IMG/VR virus record: IMGVR_UViG_3300033066_002088
Location: 7,605-71,604 of that record
DNA length: 64,000 nt
Source of the DNA: a virus
Taxonomy: Duplodnaviria; Caudoviricetes
Strand: one strand, 5' to 3'
Below the pieces are notes generated by a model, which had not been told where the DNA came from, searched no databases, and saw nothing but the letters and a program-made list of their open reading frames with translations. Position numbers and translations under genes: made by a program. Each line of letters opens with the position of its first letter. Position 1 is the first letter of the stretch. Positions 62,057 through 64,000 of the stretch are shown piece by piece.

Positions 62057-62648
62057 CTGCCCGCTCGATGCGGGAGAGCGCATGCTGGACCATGTATTGA
62101 ATGAATTACGGACCGAGTGGAAATATCACATCGTAGCCGTCTGCTCAGCAGGGGACTACACGTTCGGGCGTACGATCTTGCAACGAGAGCGCAATACTAT
62201 TAAATACGGTCACACGTACGGGAGTCGCAAAGCCCCACCCCCCTACGACCCAAAGAACCCGAATAATTTTTACCAATGGTACTCAGAAGAGAGGCTTGGG
62301 CGTGCGGGCCTATTCAAAAACAGATATCCAAATAGCGCTGAACTGCGCCTAACTGAAATAAAACACCTGAGCCGCGGGCGTTTCGTGGATAAATACCCCG
62401 TCCACGAGAGTCGAACGCCGACTTTCAAATGGGCAATAGCCCTGGATTGGGACGCGCTCATAACGTTCTACGACACTCTAAACAAGATCCTCGACCGACT
62501 GCCGTTTCCAACGATGGCGTGGAATTGGATTCCACGTAAATTAGTCATTCGACTCGAGAACAAAGCACGAAAGCGGTTTGACTACCATTTCGACCCAGAC
62601 GGCAAGGTCATACTAAATCTGGGGACGCCTGATCAATTCGAGGAGTGA
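62031..62648 (+). CDS. Hypothetical protein
   Basis: GGAGGAG SD. Confidence 0.65.
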   Translation: MTLVIQAYDCPLDAGERMLDHVLNELRTEWKYHIVAVCSAGDYTFGRTILQRERNTIKYGHTYGSRKAPPPYDPKNPNNFYQWYSEERLGRAGLFKNRYPNSAELRLTEIKHLSRGRFVDKYPVHESRTPTFKWAIALDWDALITFYDTLNKILDRLPFPTMAWNWIPRKLVIRLENKARKRFDYHFDPDGKVILNLGTPDQFEE

Positions 62649-62827
62649 AAATGTACAATCGGAGTGCTGAAAGTTTCTTCGATGGAATAGCAGAACAGCA
62701 GGCGTGGGATGCGTCATCTCAGATCCAAGTGCTACTGGATTACATAGCCGATCAAAAAGATCTGGAAAAATTCGAGGCCTATCTTCTTAGCCGCGCTGCC
62801 GAAGAGAACGGGGAACCAATCGAATGA
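62645..62827 (+). CDS. Small acidic protein
   Basis: GAGGAG SD/GTGA overlap. Confidence 0.65.
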   Translation: MKMYNRSAESFFDGIAEQQAWDASSQIQVLLDYIADQKDLEKFEAYLLSRAAEENGEPIE

Positions 62828-63270
62828 CGCGAGAACAATTGGCAGTTGAAGTGTATGACTACGTCTTCAACATGACAGAGTCATTTTCAGAACAAAAAAT
62901 CGGGGAAGACCTGGCCTACCTTCTGGGTGCCATTCTGACGAACAGCTCGTGCGAGTGGCCCGCTGATCGACCAATTGTGCGCCTCCTGAGGAAAAAGTAC
63001 TCAAACAAGGGAGACGCGATCTGGGGCCATATACACGAAGAATCCGTTCCGATGGAACGTAAACTCTTGCGAATTCCTGTGGATTTCTACATTCAAACTG
63101 AAGAGGGCGAAAGCCCTATTGAGGTTGCCGAGAGCCTTGCAAAAGCGCCGATTTTAAACGCTCTCTGTGATCACATCGTCGACGGGACGAGTAGCGCCGT
63201 ACACCACGGAATCCTGGCCGTGAGGGTACGCGATAACGACTGGGAAGAAGTTGTTTCGATCGATGGGTAA
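62824..63270 (+). CDS. Hypothetical protein
   Basis: ATGA overlap. Confidence 0.6.
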   Translation: MTREQLAVEVYDYVFNMTESFSEQKIGEDLAYLLGAILTNSSCEWPADRPIVRLLRKKYSNKGDAIWGHIHEESVPMERKLLRIPVDFYIQTEEGESPIEVAESLAKAPILNALCDHIVDGTSSAVHHGILAVRVRDNDWEEVVSIDG

Positions 63271-63787
63271 TCGCTCATTCGCTCGAATCGTCATCGGAGG
63301 CTTGGTGCCAAAACCTCTTCTTAAAGGATTGATCAAAGCAATCGACGAGGAGGGGTTATCTTTGGAATGGTTGGGAAGCGAGTACAACGAAGAAAGTCTA
63401 GAAAACCTTGTAGAGGCGATAAACAATGATGTTCGCGGGCATCTAGATTTGTCAAATGAAGAAGTTTCCGGTGGAATGTTTTACGCTCTAGAAGCCTATT
63501 GCTACAGAAATGAAATCGCGTTCGACCGTTGGTCCGATGGGTGTGGCTGTGAGTGGGGGTCGTCTGTTCGGCACTACCGACCAAACAGTGTCGACGCAGA
63601 ATATCAAACCGACAATGACGGCGCAAAAATGCTGCGCTATCACGTTCCTCGTCTTGTCAGGGACCTTCTGATCGAAGCGGTACACCAGAAATCGCCTGAG
63701 ATAGTAAAGCAAGCGTTGCAACTTCTTGATAAGGAAGTAGGTCCGGAAATAACAGACCTGCCACCCCTTGAGATAACAGATCACTAA
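63263..63787 (+). CDS. Conserved-looking phage protein
   Basis: MGNRSFARIVIGG...IAFDRWSDG...YRP. Confidence 0.65.
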   Translation: MGNRSFARIVIGGLVPKPLLKGLIKAIDEEGLSLEWLGSEYNEESLENLVEAINNDVRGHLDLSNEEVSGGMFYALEAYCYRNEIAFDRWSDGCGCEWGSSVRHYRPNSVDAEYQTDNDGAKMLRYHVPRLVRDLLIEAVHQKSPEIVKQALQLLDKEVGPEITDLPPLEITDH

Positions 63788-63794
63788 GGAGACT

Positions 63795-64000
63795 ATGTCC
63801 CTTCATCACCACGACGCCAGGGAATACAACGAGGCGAAGACCGAGGCCGCTGCCAATTTCCGGTCAAAACTCGAGCAAGAGATTCTGGAAGGTCAAGGAA
63901 GCGCCATGGCCGTTATCCGGCGTTTGCAAGACGAAGTGCCCATTGATCGGGTCGTAAATACGCGCTCAGTTGAATTCACCAAATACAAAGGCGCAAATGA
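63795..64000 (+). CDS. Hypothetical protein, 3'-truncated by the window edge
   Basis: AAGGAG SD, ATG 63795, open to the end of the window. Confidence 0.65.
   Translation, partial: MSLHHHDAREYNEAKTEAAANFRSKLEQEILEGQGSAMAVIRRLQDEVPIDRVVNTRSVEFTKYKGAN

Noticed and set aside
1-64000. Extracellular contractile injection system, or prophage in a bacterial chromosome
   Set aside because: Terminase, own replisome and nucleotide-metabolism genes with no host housekeeping operons indicate a phage; no integrase or att site in the window.

Overview
The whole window is a segment of a large tailed dsDNA phage with a contractile tail, not a cellular chromosome. Minus-strand blocks are late/virion genes: large terminase (9015-10664), two probable head proteins, two accessory virion proteins, and a 22 kb tail/baseplate operon (22841-44981). 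That operon carries tail chaperones with a -1 frameshift, tape measure, tube initiator, hub, a sigma70-like factor, an M23 peptidase, wedge proteins and a fibre. Plus-strand blocks are replication, nucleotide-metabolism and early genes: Cas4-like nuclease, primase-helicase, UDG-fused PolA, DEDDh exonuclease, MoxR AAA+ plus vWA-metallopeptidase, RuvC, class II RNR, DinG, RNase HII, dNMP kinase, a GHKL ATPase and many small ORFs; ThyX is on the minus strand. I found no integrase, CRISPR array, rRNA, canonical tRNA, reverse transcriptase or recoded stop codon. The most notable things missing from the ORF track are: (1) a 62-nt miniature tRNA-like cloverleaf between the exonuclease and terminase genes, plus two other structured non-coding RNA candidates (55560-55630, 60129-60303); (2) a recurrent TTGGTAnAAG motif upstream of plus-strand genes, with a phage sigma factor embedded in the baseplate operon as a candidate reader; (3) leaderless -10 promoters, one of them bidirectional; (4) probable CTG and ATT start codons; (5) stand-alone GC-rich cassettes (a lipoprotein next to the fibre gene, a YqcI/YcgG-like gene inside the tail operon). 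All family assignments come from motif recognition by eye. No database search or folding program was run.
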